From contig JBHGNT010000002.1 in assembly GCA_043228905.1 (NCBI GenBank), positions 15,376,001 through 15,440,000 on the forward strand: a stretch of 64,000 nt of DNA, read 5' to 3'. The position numbers were made by a program, and so were the translations under genes. Positions 11,516-25,093 of this stretch are shown in pieces. The stretch comes from Azolla caroliniana (Eukaryota; Plantae; Polypodiophyta). Position 1 is the stretch's first letter. Every line of letters starts with the position of its first letter. The notes beneath the pieces are model-generated. The model was not told the origin of the DNA and made no database searches. It saw only the letters and a list, made by a program, of their open reading frames with translations.

Positions 11516-14500
11516 GTATAAATTAGTGTGGTCATAGTATCTTGTTTCTTTCTCTGTATGTTGCTCAGAATTATTGTTTTGTCGTTGTCATTGTTTATCT
11601 CTATCCTAAGCTTTTTGTGTTTGGATTCTCTTCATTTTCTTTTTGTTTTTTCTCTAAATCTATCTTAAGATTTTTATGTTTGGGCACGTTCAATATCCGT
11701 TGTTCTGGCTGTGTTGCTGCCATTATTTCACTTTGCTATAAGCTTTTCATGCATATAAATTCTTTTTTGTTGTTTTTTCAATTTCTATTGAACTTTTCAA
11801 CAAATGGATTAGCTTATCTTTGCATGTCATATGTCCGTTGTTGGTTGATTGATTTTTCCTATCATTTGGTGATCGAACATGGATCACAAGCTTTTTGCTG
11901 GTACTGATGTTACTGTGCTCTATCTTGTGCTCCCATCGTTTCTTTACCTCTACTTAGACTGGTCTTGCGACTAGACTCTTGTATGAAATTATCAATACTT
12001 GAAGTGAAGTTATGATTAACAGTTCTTGTCCAAGGTGCATCAGTGAGTGAGGATTCCCTATATTATGGAAATGGATGACGCACTTGCACATGAAATTCTT
12101 CTGTTTCTCTAGATTGTACAAGATGCACATGCTATTGCTAGGATATCTCGTGTTCCCATTGTGTCTGTACTCATACTTAGACTGGTCTTGCAAAGTAGAT
12201 TCTTGTGCGGAAGTATCAATACTCGTGCGAAAGATATGATAAGAATTATTGTACCCAAGTGCATTGGTGAGTGCGGAATCTGTATTCTAGATATAGGCAA
12301 ATATCAGGTGGTGAGGCAAGTAAAATTTTGATAAGCAAACAAATATATTTGCATTGCTATATTTCTTTTAGTAATTGGGAGTTGGTGAAGCCCTCATCTT
12401 CTTGTTTTGCATATTGTTCATACTAGTTGGTAGAAAATGAAACAATCAATGTCCATTCTCCACAAAGTATTCTAAAATTGGAATATAATGAGACTAAATG
12501 TACTAGGGCAATGCAAATGGAGAGTAATCATTGGAGTCGTCTTCCCATTCTACGTTCGTGGATCTAGAATCTAGAGAGTCTTACTTCATTTCTATTAAGG
12601 ATGTTTATCAGGCCAAGGATCTAATGACAAATGATAGCCATTTGATCTCGTTTACAGAGGGTGCCAATTGATATAAACTGTGTTGCTCTCAAAGAGAACG
12701 TGGTATAAATTTAAGATTTCTGTCCATGATTGGGTACATTTTCCACCACTGGACACACGTTAGTGGATCTAGAATCGAGAGAGTCTTATTTCATTTCTAC
12801 AAAAGGATGTTTATCAGTCCAAGGATCTAATGACAGATGATAGCCATTTGATCTTGTTTACAGAGGGTGCTAATTGATATAAACTGTGTTGCTCTCAAAG
12901 AGAACGTGGTATAAATTTAAGATTTCTGTCCATGATTGGGTACATTTTCCACCACTGGACACACATAATAGGTTTCAAGGTTGGAATCTGGTTGTTTTTC
13001 TTTAAATCTTTTCCTATGGTTCAAATAACAGACACAAGGTATATAGATTGCTTCTCTTTCCATGAATAACACAATTGGTGGTCGTCAATGGAGTATAATT
13101 AAGTCAGTCTTTATAGAAAATATGCATTGGCAAACTGCCTTGTCATTAAAGGAAATTACCAATAATACAAGCTTGGTTCAAAACCTGTTAAGCACTTGCT
13201 ATGAAATTACCACAACTCTGAACATTTCCTTGGGAGGAGGTTAAGGCAATACTTATCTCATTATTTTTCTCAAGACTCCATTTTGGTTAGTAGTATTTTT
13301 ATAGATTTGTTCTCATTTAGAGAGTCAGCTCAGAACAAATCCAATTTCTAAATTCGGTAAGATTTTCAGGATTATGGACTTTATGGATATTATGCTACCA
13401 CATGGTTTTCCTTCAATCCGCTTTCCATGAATGCCATTTCTTTAAGTACTCACTACGACATGATATTTCTTTGACAAATTTCAAAAAACATTTCTGTGCT
13501 TTTGAGCATGGCTTTTGCACATATGGATTTTTGACAGTGTTTATCTCGTCTTGAGGTTTCCCACTACAGATATAAAGCATTAATAAAAAGAGGAACAAAC
13601 GATGGAGATTGGAACTAGGAGAAACGAGGAGACTGAATACAAATGTTTGCTAAAAATGCTAAAAATATATATCAACAGTAGAATACATCTGTTGTTTGCA
13701 AGTGGGTAATCATGATATTATTGGTCAATGTGATGTTTAAAAATAAGGCAGAACAAAGAAAAATGAAAGTAGAGATATAAAAAAGTTATGGGGTAAAGGC
13801 CCTAAATGACCCCCTTATAGTGTGTACATGTGTATAGGCCTATTTATAAAGACCAAAAGTCACTAAACACTTTTTCGTTATTTTTGGGCCAAGTTTAGTG
13901 TGAACTTAGCCAACCCTAAATGGGTCTTATAAAACATAAGTTAAAAACTTTTGGATCTCACTTCAAAGGTGAGCTCCTCCACCTACTGCTCTCTCTTTAT
14001 ATTTTCTACCATATAGCTCCACTATTGCATCTAAAGGGCCTATACTAGGGTGAATCTTGAGTATTCCTTAGCCCGATTGACATCATTCCTAACCCTTACA
14101 ACTGGTATCAGAGCAGATTTAGGGTTTTTGAACTTCTGCACAGTTGCTATAGAGCAAAGAACAAGTGTTCAGACCTCTTTATTGTGAGCTATGGCGTCAT
14201 CCTCCTCAGAAGTGAAGTATCTTTTTGAGATTCGACGATTTGAGGGAACAGGTTTCGACTTGTGGAAGGAAAGAATGGAAGGAATTCTTTTTTTGAAGGA
14301 TTGTGAGAGGGCGTTGGAGGCAGAAAAACCAGAGAACATGATAGAAGATGCATAGCAGATTTTAAACAAAAAGGCTGTCATATATATTAAGATGGCTGTT
14401 TCTGATGAGATCTTGGTAGATCTCAAAGGGTTGGTATCTGCTTCTAAAATATGGGCAAAGCTGAAGGCTACATATGAAAACAATACACCTGTTAATCAAG

Positions 14501-17500
14501 TACACCTAATGCGAAAGCTTGTTGGCATGCAATTGGATGAGTCCAAGAGTGCAGCTGAACACTTGTCCTTGTTTACAAGTACCTTATCACAGCTGTAGGA
14601 CTCAGGAATGGCTCCTTTTCATGATAAGCTCAAAGCCATTTTCCTGCTAATGACACTACCTGACTCATTGAGACATTGGGAGTCTCATTATCTAATAGCC
14701 CCAACGTAACCTTTGATGGTGTTAGGGGCTCCATACTCAATGAAGAGATCAAGAGAAAAGCAAGTGGAGAAGGTGGCAGCTCAGCCAACATGGTTAGAGG
14801 TAGGACAAATAAGAGAAGTAACTATGCACATAGGAACAAAAGTAAAAGGCAAGAAAGGGGAAATAGCAGCAAAGTTAAAAGCAATGACGTAACATGCTAT
14901 CAGTGTGGCAGGAAAGGCCACAAGAAACTTGATTGCCGCTATTACAAAGCAGAACTTGAAAGAAAAAAGAATTTTGGAGATAAGAGAAAGGACAAGACTA
15001 ATGCACATGACAGCCAAAAGGATGAAGAGAAGGCCAATTTGGCCTCTAATGTAGTTATAGAGGAGCTATCAGATGTTGAGGACATTTTATGTGCTACTTT
15101 TTCAGCTGATGATACTTACGTATATGATGCCTCTCTAAATATTCATTTAGAGGACATGTGTATCACTAAGATGCTTTGCTGACTGTCAATGATGCATTGG
15201 CCCAAACATGGATTGTTGACTCTGGTGCTTCATTTCATGTGACTCCTATCAAGGAGTGTTTTTCTACTTTTACTGTAGGCAGCCATGGCCATGTATACCT
15301 TGGAAACAATCATGAATGTTCCATTGAGGGCATTGGCACTGCGCGTTTTTCTACAAATGGCACTAATGAGCTGGTTTTGCATAATGTGCGTTATGTACTA
15401 CGGATCAAGAAGAGCTTGCTTTCTGTGGGGCAAATGGATATGCATGGTTATAGCATTCTCTCTGAGAGAGGATCATGGAAAATGACAAAAGGTTCAAGGC
15501 TGATTGTGAAAGGCACAAAGAAGGGAACTCGTTATTGGTTACATGGAAATGCTATATCGGGCAAATTTATTGCTTTGTCTGAAGTTCACTCCCATATGGA
15601 GTTGTGGCATAAGAGACTTGGCCACATGAGCCAAAAGGGTCTCACTAGGCTTTGTAATCTAAAGAAGCTTGATGCTAAAGGCACGAAGCTTGATTTTTGT
15701 AATGAATGCCAATATGGAAAGCAAGTGAAGCGTTCCGTTTACTCTGGCGTGTCTCGTAAGTCTTGTGTACTTGATCTTGTTCACTTTGATGTGTGTAGCA
15801 TGCCCACCAAATCTATGGGGGGTGCAATGTATTTTATCTCATTTGTTGATGATTTCTCTAGAAACATTTGGGTTCAATTGCTTAAATCTAAGGATGAAGC
15901 CTTAGCTACATTTAAGCGTTTTTATGCATTTGTGACCACCCAAACAGGCAGAAAACTGAAATGTTTGCGTACGGACAATGGTGGTGAGTATACAAGTGCT
16001 GAATTCAAGAAATTTTGTGAATTTTTGGGTATTAAGAGGGAGCTTACTGTTCCATACAACCCCTCTTCTAATGATGTGGCTGAACAATATAACAGGACAC
16101 TTTGTGAGAGAGTGAGATGCATGCTGTCCACCTCTAATCTCCCTCATGGATTTTGGGGACAGGCACTCAAAACTGCAGTACATGTATGCAATAGATCCCC
16201 TCACACGTCTTTAAAGGGTGACATCCCTGAAGAGGTTTGGTCTGGCAAACTTGCTTCATATGATCACTTACATGTCTTTGGTTGCGAGGCTTTTGTACAT
16301 GTAAGGCCTGAGCTGAGAAACAAACTTGATGCAAGTCCATTGAGGGCCTCTTCATGGGATATGGTGAAGAAGGCAAAATGGGTTATAGGATTTGGATACC
16401 CCATCTCAAGAAGGTTATATGCAGCCAAGATGTTGTTTTCAAAGAGGCAAGGCTGCTTCAAAACAATTGTGCCTCAAACGATGACCATAAAAGGGTTAGA
16501 TTTCAGCATGACCAGCTACTTGTTAGACCCAGTTTTGACCATCAGGATCCACCACAAAGGATTGAAAATATTGATCATCCAGTGGTTTTGGAGCCAGAAG
16601 ATGTTGGACAGCAAGATGAGGATCCTGAGAGGAATATGCAGCCAAATAATAATGCTGAAAATGGCGCTGAAAATAATAGACAGCAGCCTAACAATGATGA
16701 TTTAGACATGCCACCTGATGTTGATCCATTACCTGACAATATGGATCATTGGGTGAGACGTTCTACTCGTATAAGACGAAATGTGAGTAGATTTGACCCC
16801 TCATTGCACTACATAATGTTGATCGATGAGGGAGAACTTCTTACATATAAAGAGGCAAAGGCATGTGAGCACAACAATAAGTGGGAGCTTGCTATGCAGG
16901 AAGAGATTAAGGCTTTGCATTCAAATAATACTTGGGACTTGGTTGAACTGCCCAAAGGAAGGACAGCTATTCCTAACAAATGGTGTATAAAATCAAGACC
17001 GTTGATGACAAACCCAAGTATAAAGCAAGGTTGGTTGCAAAAGGATATGCTCAAACTAAGGGCATAGATTTTGAGGAAGTGTTTTCTCCTGTGGTAAAAA
17101 TGACCACTTTGCAAGTGCTATTTGCTATAGTGGCTGCACTTGATTTGGAATTAGACCAAATGGATGTATATACAACTTTTTTGCATGGTGACATTGACGA
17201 AGAGCTTTACATGAAACAGCCTGAGGGCTTTGTTATTCCTGGAAAGAAACATTTGGTATGTAAGCTCAATAGAAGCATGTATGGGCTGAAACAAGCTTCT
17301 AGACAATGGTACAAAAAGTTTGACGCTTTTATGCTCAAACATGGGTACAAAAGAAGCCATGCTGATCACTGTTTGTATACTAAAAGAGATGAAAGTGGCA
17401 GCCCAATCATTCTTGTACTATATGTAGATGATATGCTCATTGCTGCCAAGAAAAAGAGCACTGTTGATGTCCTTAAAATGCAGCTGAAATCTGTATTTTC

Positions 17501-20500
17501 AATGAAAGACCTTGGGGAAGCTGAACATGTACTTGGAGTAAGAATTAGGAGACAAACGGAGTAGCACACATTGTATTTATCTCAAGAAAATACATTGACA
17601 AGGTGCTGGACAGATTTTGTATGGCTGACGCAAAGTCTCTTGGAGTGTCATTACAGCCATATGATAAAGTCTCTAAGGAGATTGTCCTAGGACACAAGAA
17701 GCAATCAATGACATGCATGGTGTACCTTATGCTTCAGCTTGTGGTTCACTTATGTATGCTAAGGTTGCTACTGAACCTGATATTGCGTATGTAGTGGGAG
17801 TTATAAGCCGATTCATGGCTAATCCGGGCAAGGCACATTGGAATGCAGTAAATTCCATTATGAGGTACGTAAAAGGGACTAAAAATAAATGTCTCTGTTA
17901 TGGAAAAGACCCATTAGAACTGAAGGGTTTCTGTGACTCTGACATGGCAGGTGATGTGTATACACGGAAATCCACAAGTGGCCATGTATTCATACAGGTG
18001 GTGCTGTATCATGTTGTAGTAGGCTGCAAAAGGTTGTTACTTTGTCCACTATGGAGGCAGAATATATCTCAGCCATTGAGGCTTCCAAGGAAGCAATATG
18101 GTTAGCACGTCTATGCAATGAGTTTGGTTTGGCTGAAAAGGCACCCATTCTTGGTTGTGATAGCCAGAGTGCCATTTGTTTGGCAAAGAATGCTACGTTT
18201 CATGCGCGCACAAAACATATTGATGTGCGATATCACTTCATTCGAGAAGTGCTTGAGGATGGCCTTATCACATTGATAAAGGTCCACACATCACAAAACC
18301 CTGCGGATGTATTGACCAAGTGCTTACCCAAAGCACAACATCAGATATGTATACAAATGGTGGGCGTCATGTAGCTTAAAGGCGCCATTTATGCCTTTAA
18401 GTGGGAGGTTGTTGGGGTAAAGGCCCTAAATGACCCCCTTATAGTGTGTACATGTGTATAGGCCTATTTATAAAGGCCAAAAGTCACTAACCACTTTTTC
18501 GTTATTTTTGGGCCAAGTTCAATGTGAACTTAGCCAACCCTAAATGGGTCTTATAAAACATAAGTTAAAAACTTTTGGATCTCACTTTAAAGGTGAGCTC
18601 CTCCAACTACTGCTCTCTCTCTACGCAAGGTAATGGAATATGAGGACCAACGATGCCTAGGACTTTTCTTGCTAGAGCTCAAGAGACGTTGGGAAAAGTT
18701 GTTGAAGAATACAGCCACACAAGCTCATCCACAAAGAACAATCACAACTTTCTTTAGCCCCATCACTCCTAATGCTAGAAGTCAACCCCGGGATACACAA
18801 ATGGGCTTCAGACCAGGACATAACAAAGGGGTTACAATTGATCGGGCAATGGCAATTTGCCGTGCACGTAGGCCTCGGCCCCATGGACCATGCCCCCGAC
18901 ACCCTTGTCATCGACAAATAAAAGCCATCATCTCCCGCCATTGTAGGTGCTTCCCTCGCTTCGGAGACATTTCTATTCTGGATCGACCTATGCTAGAGAT
19001 CTTTCGAAGACAAAAGCTACAATATACCTAACTTGAGGATCTCACATGTGCCAAAAACCAGATTCCCTCATTAATTTTCTTTTCATGTTATTTACTTTTA
19101 TATTTACTGTGTAATATTTATTTTATTTTGATTTGTTCTCAAAGACGAGACAACACTTACGATGTAATCTCTTATTTGGTCTTATAGGCCATTTTGGCCT
19201 CTTAAAAGATGTTAATATATCTTTCTTTCTTTCTTTCTTTCTATATTTTCTACCATAGCTCCACTATTGCATCTAAAGGGCCTATACTAGGGTGAATCCT
19301 GAGTATTCCTTAGCCCGATTGACATCATTCCTAACCCTTATTGATGTCTAAAAATAAGGCAGAACAAAGAAAAATGAAAGTAAGGATATAAGAAAGTTAC
19401 GTGGCTTGACGAATCGCGTATGTCCATGGGAGGAGATACCTATTTCCATAAAAAATACTTGCAATCCATTATTGAAACACTTTTGGTTTAATTGAAGCTA
19501 GATCAAGAACATTCCCTAACTAGACTCCTAGTGCACATCAATTGTTGAAAAAAAAGCTTAATAAATCCGTGTCAAGCTGGCATATTGTAGATCTAATAGA
19601 TACAATATTTGATCTCAATCATGACATGGAAAGTTTGTATCATCATCATCATGACAGCATGAGATGCTCTCTAAAGAAAAAAAATGTATGAAGAAAGGGA
19701 ATTGTGTGTGTGAAAAGACATGCATAGAAGCATGATGTTAGAAAATTTGATTTATTAAATACTTTTAGTTTTCTAAATATCTGGTAGCCCAAAGTTTTAT
19801 TTTAAAAAGAAGATGGGTAAAAATCTACGGATAGACGCTAAAAATGTTTGTTTCATCATCACTGAACCTTGGAAAAAAATCTGTCAAGGTAGAAATCTTT
19901 TTGTAAACAAAATGGAAAGCTGGAAGCAGACTATCCCATTTCTTGAATCATTTAAATCTTGCAAGATAATTCACTTGATTAGTAATAGTAAAGTAGTGAT
20001 GTAGCATTTGTTTTATCAACGTAGAGTGATTGTAGTTTGCAGCACATTGTGAATTGATTAGTTAGAATGACATTTTGGGAATTATGGCAAATCTGGAGTG
20101 GCATTTTTGGGAATTTGCCTGTTTTTATTGCTTTCTGTGTAAACCTGCACTTATAGATTCATGAACAATAAATACATATTTATGTTATTACATTTTTTAT
20201 TTTATTTACACGTACTTATTGTGTAGGTTTGAACAAATCAAAGATTATAACTTCTTTGAAAGATCTAAAGATTTAAATCATGATAATTTTAGAACTTACT
20301 ATGTACCATCAATTCATGGAAATTGTTGTTGCAATTGACAGAATAAAAATTTGGATGCTGGCATTGTCTGGCCAAATTTGGAGGAAGATGGGGGTAGTAT
20401 GGTGGTGGTCATGGCCAAAGAGACAGATATTCGGCCTGTTTTTGTTGTTATAAATTCTACAGTTTCAAATACAAGGTTACGAAGCTGAAATTTTATGTTA

Positions 20501-21630
20501 CATTCAATGATATGCGGCTAAGAGAGAAACATATAAAACAAGGTTGGATCTACTTTTTTGTAGGGAACCAGAGAAGTTACAGTTTTGGGTTATTTTGCTA
20601 TCTAGTACTCCAAGATCACAAAGCATGAAATTGAGGATGGTGTTTTCAAATTTAAACCTTCATGTTGATAGGTATGTAATTGGAGAGTGATGGTCAAAGT
20701 TACTTTGTCTTTACCAATGTCTTCTTTTGATGCTTGTAGTGATGAATCTCTGACCGAGAAAATGAGACCTTTTCTGGTATCAGAAATTACTAACGAGGAG
20801 AACGTAAACCTTGTGGATTTGATTCCATTCTATCTTCCAAAAATGTTCCCCCAATTTGAGAGGTTTGTATATTTGAACTCGGATGCAGTTTTACAGGTAA
20901 ATTAAGAGATTTGATACTGTAAAGCGATAAAATTTTATAATGTATATGTTGGATTAGTCTAGAGTTATTCGACAAGTGGAAACTTTGGGTCTTGGTTGTT
21001 TGTGTAGGGTGACATTGGAGAGTTGATTAAGATAAATATGGAGGGTTATCCCATTGCAGCTATTGAGGATTGTGGTCAAACTTTCATGTCATATTTTGCT
21101 GTTGGGCTTCTAGAAGCATCACGCTTGTCGTTGGAAGGTGAAAAACCTTTGATGCCAGCAGAACCTTATGATCCAAGCACTTGCCTTTTTGATAGAGGTG
21201 TCCTAATCATTCATGGAAAGTCATGGAATGAGAAGAAGGTTGTTGAGGCCGCACATTGGTGGATTGGTATGCATCGTAAATCTGGAGAAAGTTTGTATAG
21301 GTAACACAGTTTCTATAAGTGAAAATGTCCATTCATGTGGGTAACATATACTGTACGCAAATTCTTCTAATGCATCGTTTTTGTACCAGTAATGGCCGTC
21401 TTGAACTTCCAATGTACTTGGCTATCTATGACAACTACAAGAAAGTTGATGCTTCTTGGAGCGTACGAGAGCCTTTGACTCTGGAGAAAGTGAACGGTGC
21501 GAAGCTCATCCATTATGATAAATATAACAAGCCTTGGCACCAGACAAAGGCACCTAATTTTGAAAATGATGTAACGTCACTTTGGTGGAACTACATTGCA
21601 CCATCAACAAACACTTTGTTTAAGTCATGA
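11270..21630 (+). CDS. Glycosyltransferase family 8 protein (GAUT/GATL-related, possibly GATR clade), 6 exons, ~392 aa
   Basis: Exons 11270-11515, 20342-20475, 20564-20671, 20740-20896, 21008-21300 and 21390-21630 join via GT-AG sites into an open 1179-nt frame. N-terminal TM anchor; GT8-like motifs VINST..NT, FYLP, RFVYLNSD..LQGDI.EL, AAIEDC and LIHY...KPW. Confidence 0.85.
11954..12290. repeat. Degenerate direct duplication in intron 1
   Basis: TACTTAGACTGGTCTTGC...ATCAATACT...GTGCAT..GTGAGTG at ~11951 and again at ~12174. Confidence 0.7.
12558..12964. repeat. ~205-bp near-perfect tandem duplication in intron 1
   Basis: GTGGATCTAGAATC...CCACCACTGGACACAC at 12558-12757 and 12763-12964. Confidence 0.92.
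14191..18374 (+). pseudogene. Copia gag-pol polyprotein (disrupted)
   Basis: CYQCGRKGHKKLDC, WIVDSGASFH, LWHKRLGH, LRTDNGGEY, LYVDDML and HARTKHIDVRYH. Confidence 0.93.
18624..19240 (+). mobile_element. 5'-truncated LINE (RTE-like 3' end) inserted in the 3' LTR
   Basis: Absent from the 5' LTR; ends in a (CTTT)5 tail; carries the C-terminal ORF remnant 18633-19031; short TCTA duplication at its flanks. Confidence 0.75.
20342..20475 (+). CDS. GT8 gene exon 2
   Basis: CAG|AAT...ACAAG|GT; translates NKNLDAG...VINSTVSNT. Confidence 0.8.
20564..20671 (+). CDS. GT8 gene exon 3
   Basis: TAG|G...GATAG|GTATGT; EPEKLQFWVIL; phase-compatible. Confidence 0.8.
20740..20896 (+). CDS. GT8 gene exon 4 (DxD-equivalent motif, here NSD)
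   Basis: TAG|T...CAG|GTAA; PFYLPKMFPQFERFVYLNSDAVLQ. Confidence 0.88.
21008..21300 (+). CDS. GT8 gene exon 5
   Basis: TAG|GGT...TAG|GTAA; GDIGELIKINMEGYPIAAIEDC...CLFDRGV. Confidence 0.88.
21390..21630 (+). CDS. GT8 gene exon 6
   Basis: CAG|T...TGA; AKLIHYDKYNKPW...WWNY. Confidence 0.88.
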
Positions 21631-22051
21631 TTTTACACTAGTGATGCTAGTTTTGTTGTAGAACTTCAAAGATTATTGTACATAAATCAATTCATTATTA
21701 TGCTCAAATCTTTGTACATGAATAGATTTATCATCACAATTTTAGATAAGTGTTCTTGCCATGTCAGTGTTTGTTCATTGCTAATAACTGATAACTTCAA
21801 GCCCTCTTCACTATGATTTCACGTTTCATGTTGTCTTCCAAAGACGTCAATCGTTAAAATTTGGAAGTTGTAAAGACTTCCAAGTATTGCATCTAAAGGT
21901 TTTTTTTCAAGTAATGCTAATAGCAGTTATGTGAAACCTTGATGTGATGGGAATGCCTAGAAAGAGGAATTACCAGAAAGAATAAAACACTGAAGAGCGT
22001 AGAAGCACTCAAAAGTAAATGCTAAGTTTGACCCGGGTGTTCCTAACTTGC

Positions 22052-22339
22052 GGATTATCAAAGTGAGGCATTACTTCAAGAATTTGACTTCCTATTGTTA
22101 TCTTACAAATGTAGACTATCCAAATGGTTTAGACATATTAAAGTTAACATGGATTATCAAAGTGAGGCATTACTTCAAGAATTTGACTTCCTATTGTTAT
22201 CTTACAAATGTAGACTATCCAAATGGTTTAGACATATTAAAGTTAACATGCAGTCGCATTACTTCAAGAATTTGACTTCCTATTGTTATCTTACAAATGT
22301 AGGCTATCCAAATGGTTTAGACATATTAACGTTAACATT
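22052..22339. repeat. 99-bp tandem repeat (~3 copies) downstream of the GT8 gene
   Basis: GGATTATCAAAGTGAGGCATTACTTCAAG... at 22052 and 22151; partial copy at 22257. Confidence 0.93.
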
Positions 22340-24434
22340 CTGTCGGACAACTAATTCATGCAGTTTTGAGGCCATCCTCTGTCTCTCTCATATCATTTAG
22401 ATTATTTTATGACATTAATGATACTTGTGTCATAACTTCCTTGTTCTAATTCAAACCATGAAGTTAACCAATTGAGACTAGATGATCCATGTACAACAAT
22501 AATAGAACTAGAAGAGTTCCAATTGCACAAATGAATACATTGGCAACCTTATCTGACTGATTTGGCTGAACGCTTTTGATTTTGTGGATTCACCATAAAT
22601 GATGCATAAAGATGTGCTACACCTGTACGGCCAATAAAATATTGGGCCAAATCTTAGCATTCATGACCATTGTAGCTGCCACAGATTCTCCTTTGCTTGT
22701 GTGACGAGCCTTTTCTTGTCAAACTTCATGATCAAAATATCCTACTTTCTGTACTTGGCATATTCCATTCTGATATAAGCATTAACAATATTATGCACAC
22801 ATTGATTTGGATGTGTATATATACGGTTTAATAGTAGATCAAGTGATCAGGGATGCGAAGGGAGTGATTAGCAATGGAAGTGGAGTAATCGGTGGGATTC
22901 ATTACAGGGATTGCATAACGAATTAGAGATTTCACAGAGCACCTTCGATTCGTTTGCCATGAATGGGAAGAGACATGCACTTATATGTGGAGGCTTCAAC
23001 AAGTCTTTGATTGCAAGAGATTTGGGCTATCCCATGGTTGAGAGAGGATCTACATAAATGACATAATAGGCAAAAGCTCATTAGATTGGTCTCTATCGAC
23101 AATGATACAAAGTTAAGCATTCGAAGGCGCTCAATCATGTATTGTCAGCATACACATACTCAACTCGCATTGGGGGCCTCCTATTGTCGTCTTCATCTTC
23201 GATCTCTTCAATTCGGTGGGTTTTGGTTTTCTCTCTTGTTCATGGAAAATTATTTTTATCCTAGCTCAATACCACATCAAGAATAGCAAATATAAATACG
23301 ACTTCCTCATCAATTGTTGGGGACATTGATATGAGAACAATTGATCCAATAAAGAGTAATATCATGGTAGAACGTAATCGTTCAAGGGAAGAATTTGGGA
23401 GCTCTAAGAGACTTAAGGGTATTCAGGAAATCAATGAGAAGAAATTGACATATGTCAAGGCAATTCATGTAGACAAGGTTGTCAAGGATAATCGTAATTG
23501 GGATAATTTATGGGGGATTGCTAATATGTTGTTTGATATTGTGGAAGAGAATAAAATTGCAGTAAAAGAGAATGCATCGATGACGATGCACGCATGATGC
23601 GGAAGGTGATGCTAAAGCAATTTTGGAATCTTTCGATGTATTCTATAATCGTGCGTTTATATTATTTTTTACTAGGAACTCCCATACATAAATAGGATTA
23701 AACAATGGTTGAACAACACTGTGTCACCTAATTGAGTTGAGAATATATAAGTAGGACTACAAGGGTTTTATGTAGTAGTTGTTCCCTTGAACATCGAAGC
23801 ACATTGTTGGATAAACTTCCCGTATTCTTTGATAAACGATTACTGCATTCAATGTAATGGTCCCTTGTAGTGAACTATCATTCTTTATTCAAACAAGAAT
23901 GCCATGTTTGGGTAACAATGGATTGTAAACATGTCAAATTTTTATTGTCACTTTTACTAGAGTTGATGTGTCAAATGGGTAAAGCATTGATATCTCCACA
24001 CGCAAATGCTACAAATAAAGTACAACACTGACGGCTCAGTCAACCGGTACAAGGCCAGATTGGTGGCAAAGGGCTATGCGCAAAAACATGGCCTCGATTA
24101 TGACGAGATGTTCGCGCCAGTTGTGAAGACGACGACCATCCGTGTGTTGCTAGCTGTTGCCGCAGCAAAGGGGTGGCATTTACATCAAATGGATGTAAAG
24201 AATGCGTTCTTGTAAGGCGAGCTTGAGGAACATGTGTATACCCCCCAGATTTCTATCTGAATTGAACACATCGGTAGTTTGCTGATTGAAGAAGTCCCTC
24301 TACGGACTCACATGTCTGGAACGCGAAGATCACGCAGAGTTTGAATAAGATGGGGTTTGCTCCGTCGAAATCAAACTTACCATTGTTCATTCGACAAATT
24401 GATGGGATGGGATCGTAGATCTGTGAGGAAGGTA

Positions 24435-25093
24435 TGTTGAAATGTACAAATAGAACGCGAAAAACATCAAATACACAAAATACACAGAGTACACAGGTTT
24501 TACGTGGAAACCCTAAACGGGGAAAAACTACGGGAATAGAGGTCCACTATATCAAAGAATATACAGAGAAGGATAAAATAGATTACAACACTTTCATACA
24601 TAGTGCACCAACCACACAGGGCTCTTAACCTCTACTATTACAACCACAACTATGGCGCCGTGCACGCTCTCATGAGTCTCTCTTCTTCTCTCTTCACTCT
24701 CTCTCTACGGTGCTTTGTTATGTTCTACTCTTTCTATTCTACATCATCAACATAATGGTTGCCCTAGGTGTATTTACAATTATACATAGTATGGGCTATT
24801 TACAAACGTAGTTCGTATTACTACTACTATTATTATAGTAACAACAAGAGCAGTTAATCAACCGATTAGTCAACTAGTCCTTTTGACTAATCGACACCTA
24901 TGTCAATTTTCCAGTCGGCCTGACTAATCGATCTTGTCTTCAACCTAGATCATCTCCCCAATACTATCGACTCTCACTCGACTTTTCTTCTCTTCAACTA
25001 TCGACTTTCAGCCCGGCCAATAGGTTATTCCCTTATCTTCAACTGTTGACTCGAATAGTCGGCTCCTCCCATAGGAGGGACATATTCTGAACA
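24435..25093 (-). mobile_element. Solo LTR inside the host RT
   Basis: TGTTGA...TGAACA termini; GTGGAAACCC...GGGGAAAAAC motif shared with LTR 1352-2201; host RT resumes at 25094; no clean TSD. Confidence 0.8.

Larger units (their letters stand above)
13789..19340 (+). mobile_element. Full-length degenerate Ty1/copia retrotransposon in intron 1
   Basis: 5' LTR 13789-14100; PBS TGGTATCAGAGC 14103-14114; gag-PR-INT-RT-RH 14191-18374 with stops and frameshifts; PPT ~18399-18408; 3' LTR 18410-19340. Confidence 0.95.

Noticed and set aside
20227-20300. Possible extra GT8 exon after TGTAG
   Set aside because: The phase-0 reading hits an immediate stop, and exon 1 joins 20342 cleanly.
22545-22772. 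Possible minus-strand pseudo-exon bounded by AG/GT
   Set aside because: Contains stops and a frameshift, and I cannot recognise a homologue; needs a translated search.
23331-23770. Possible decayed DNA-transposase fragment
   Set aside because: No diagnostic motif, TIR or TSD identified by eye.
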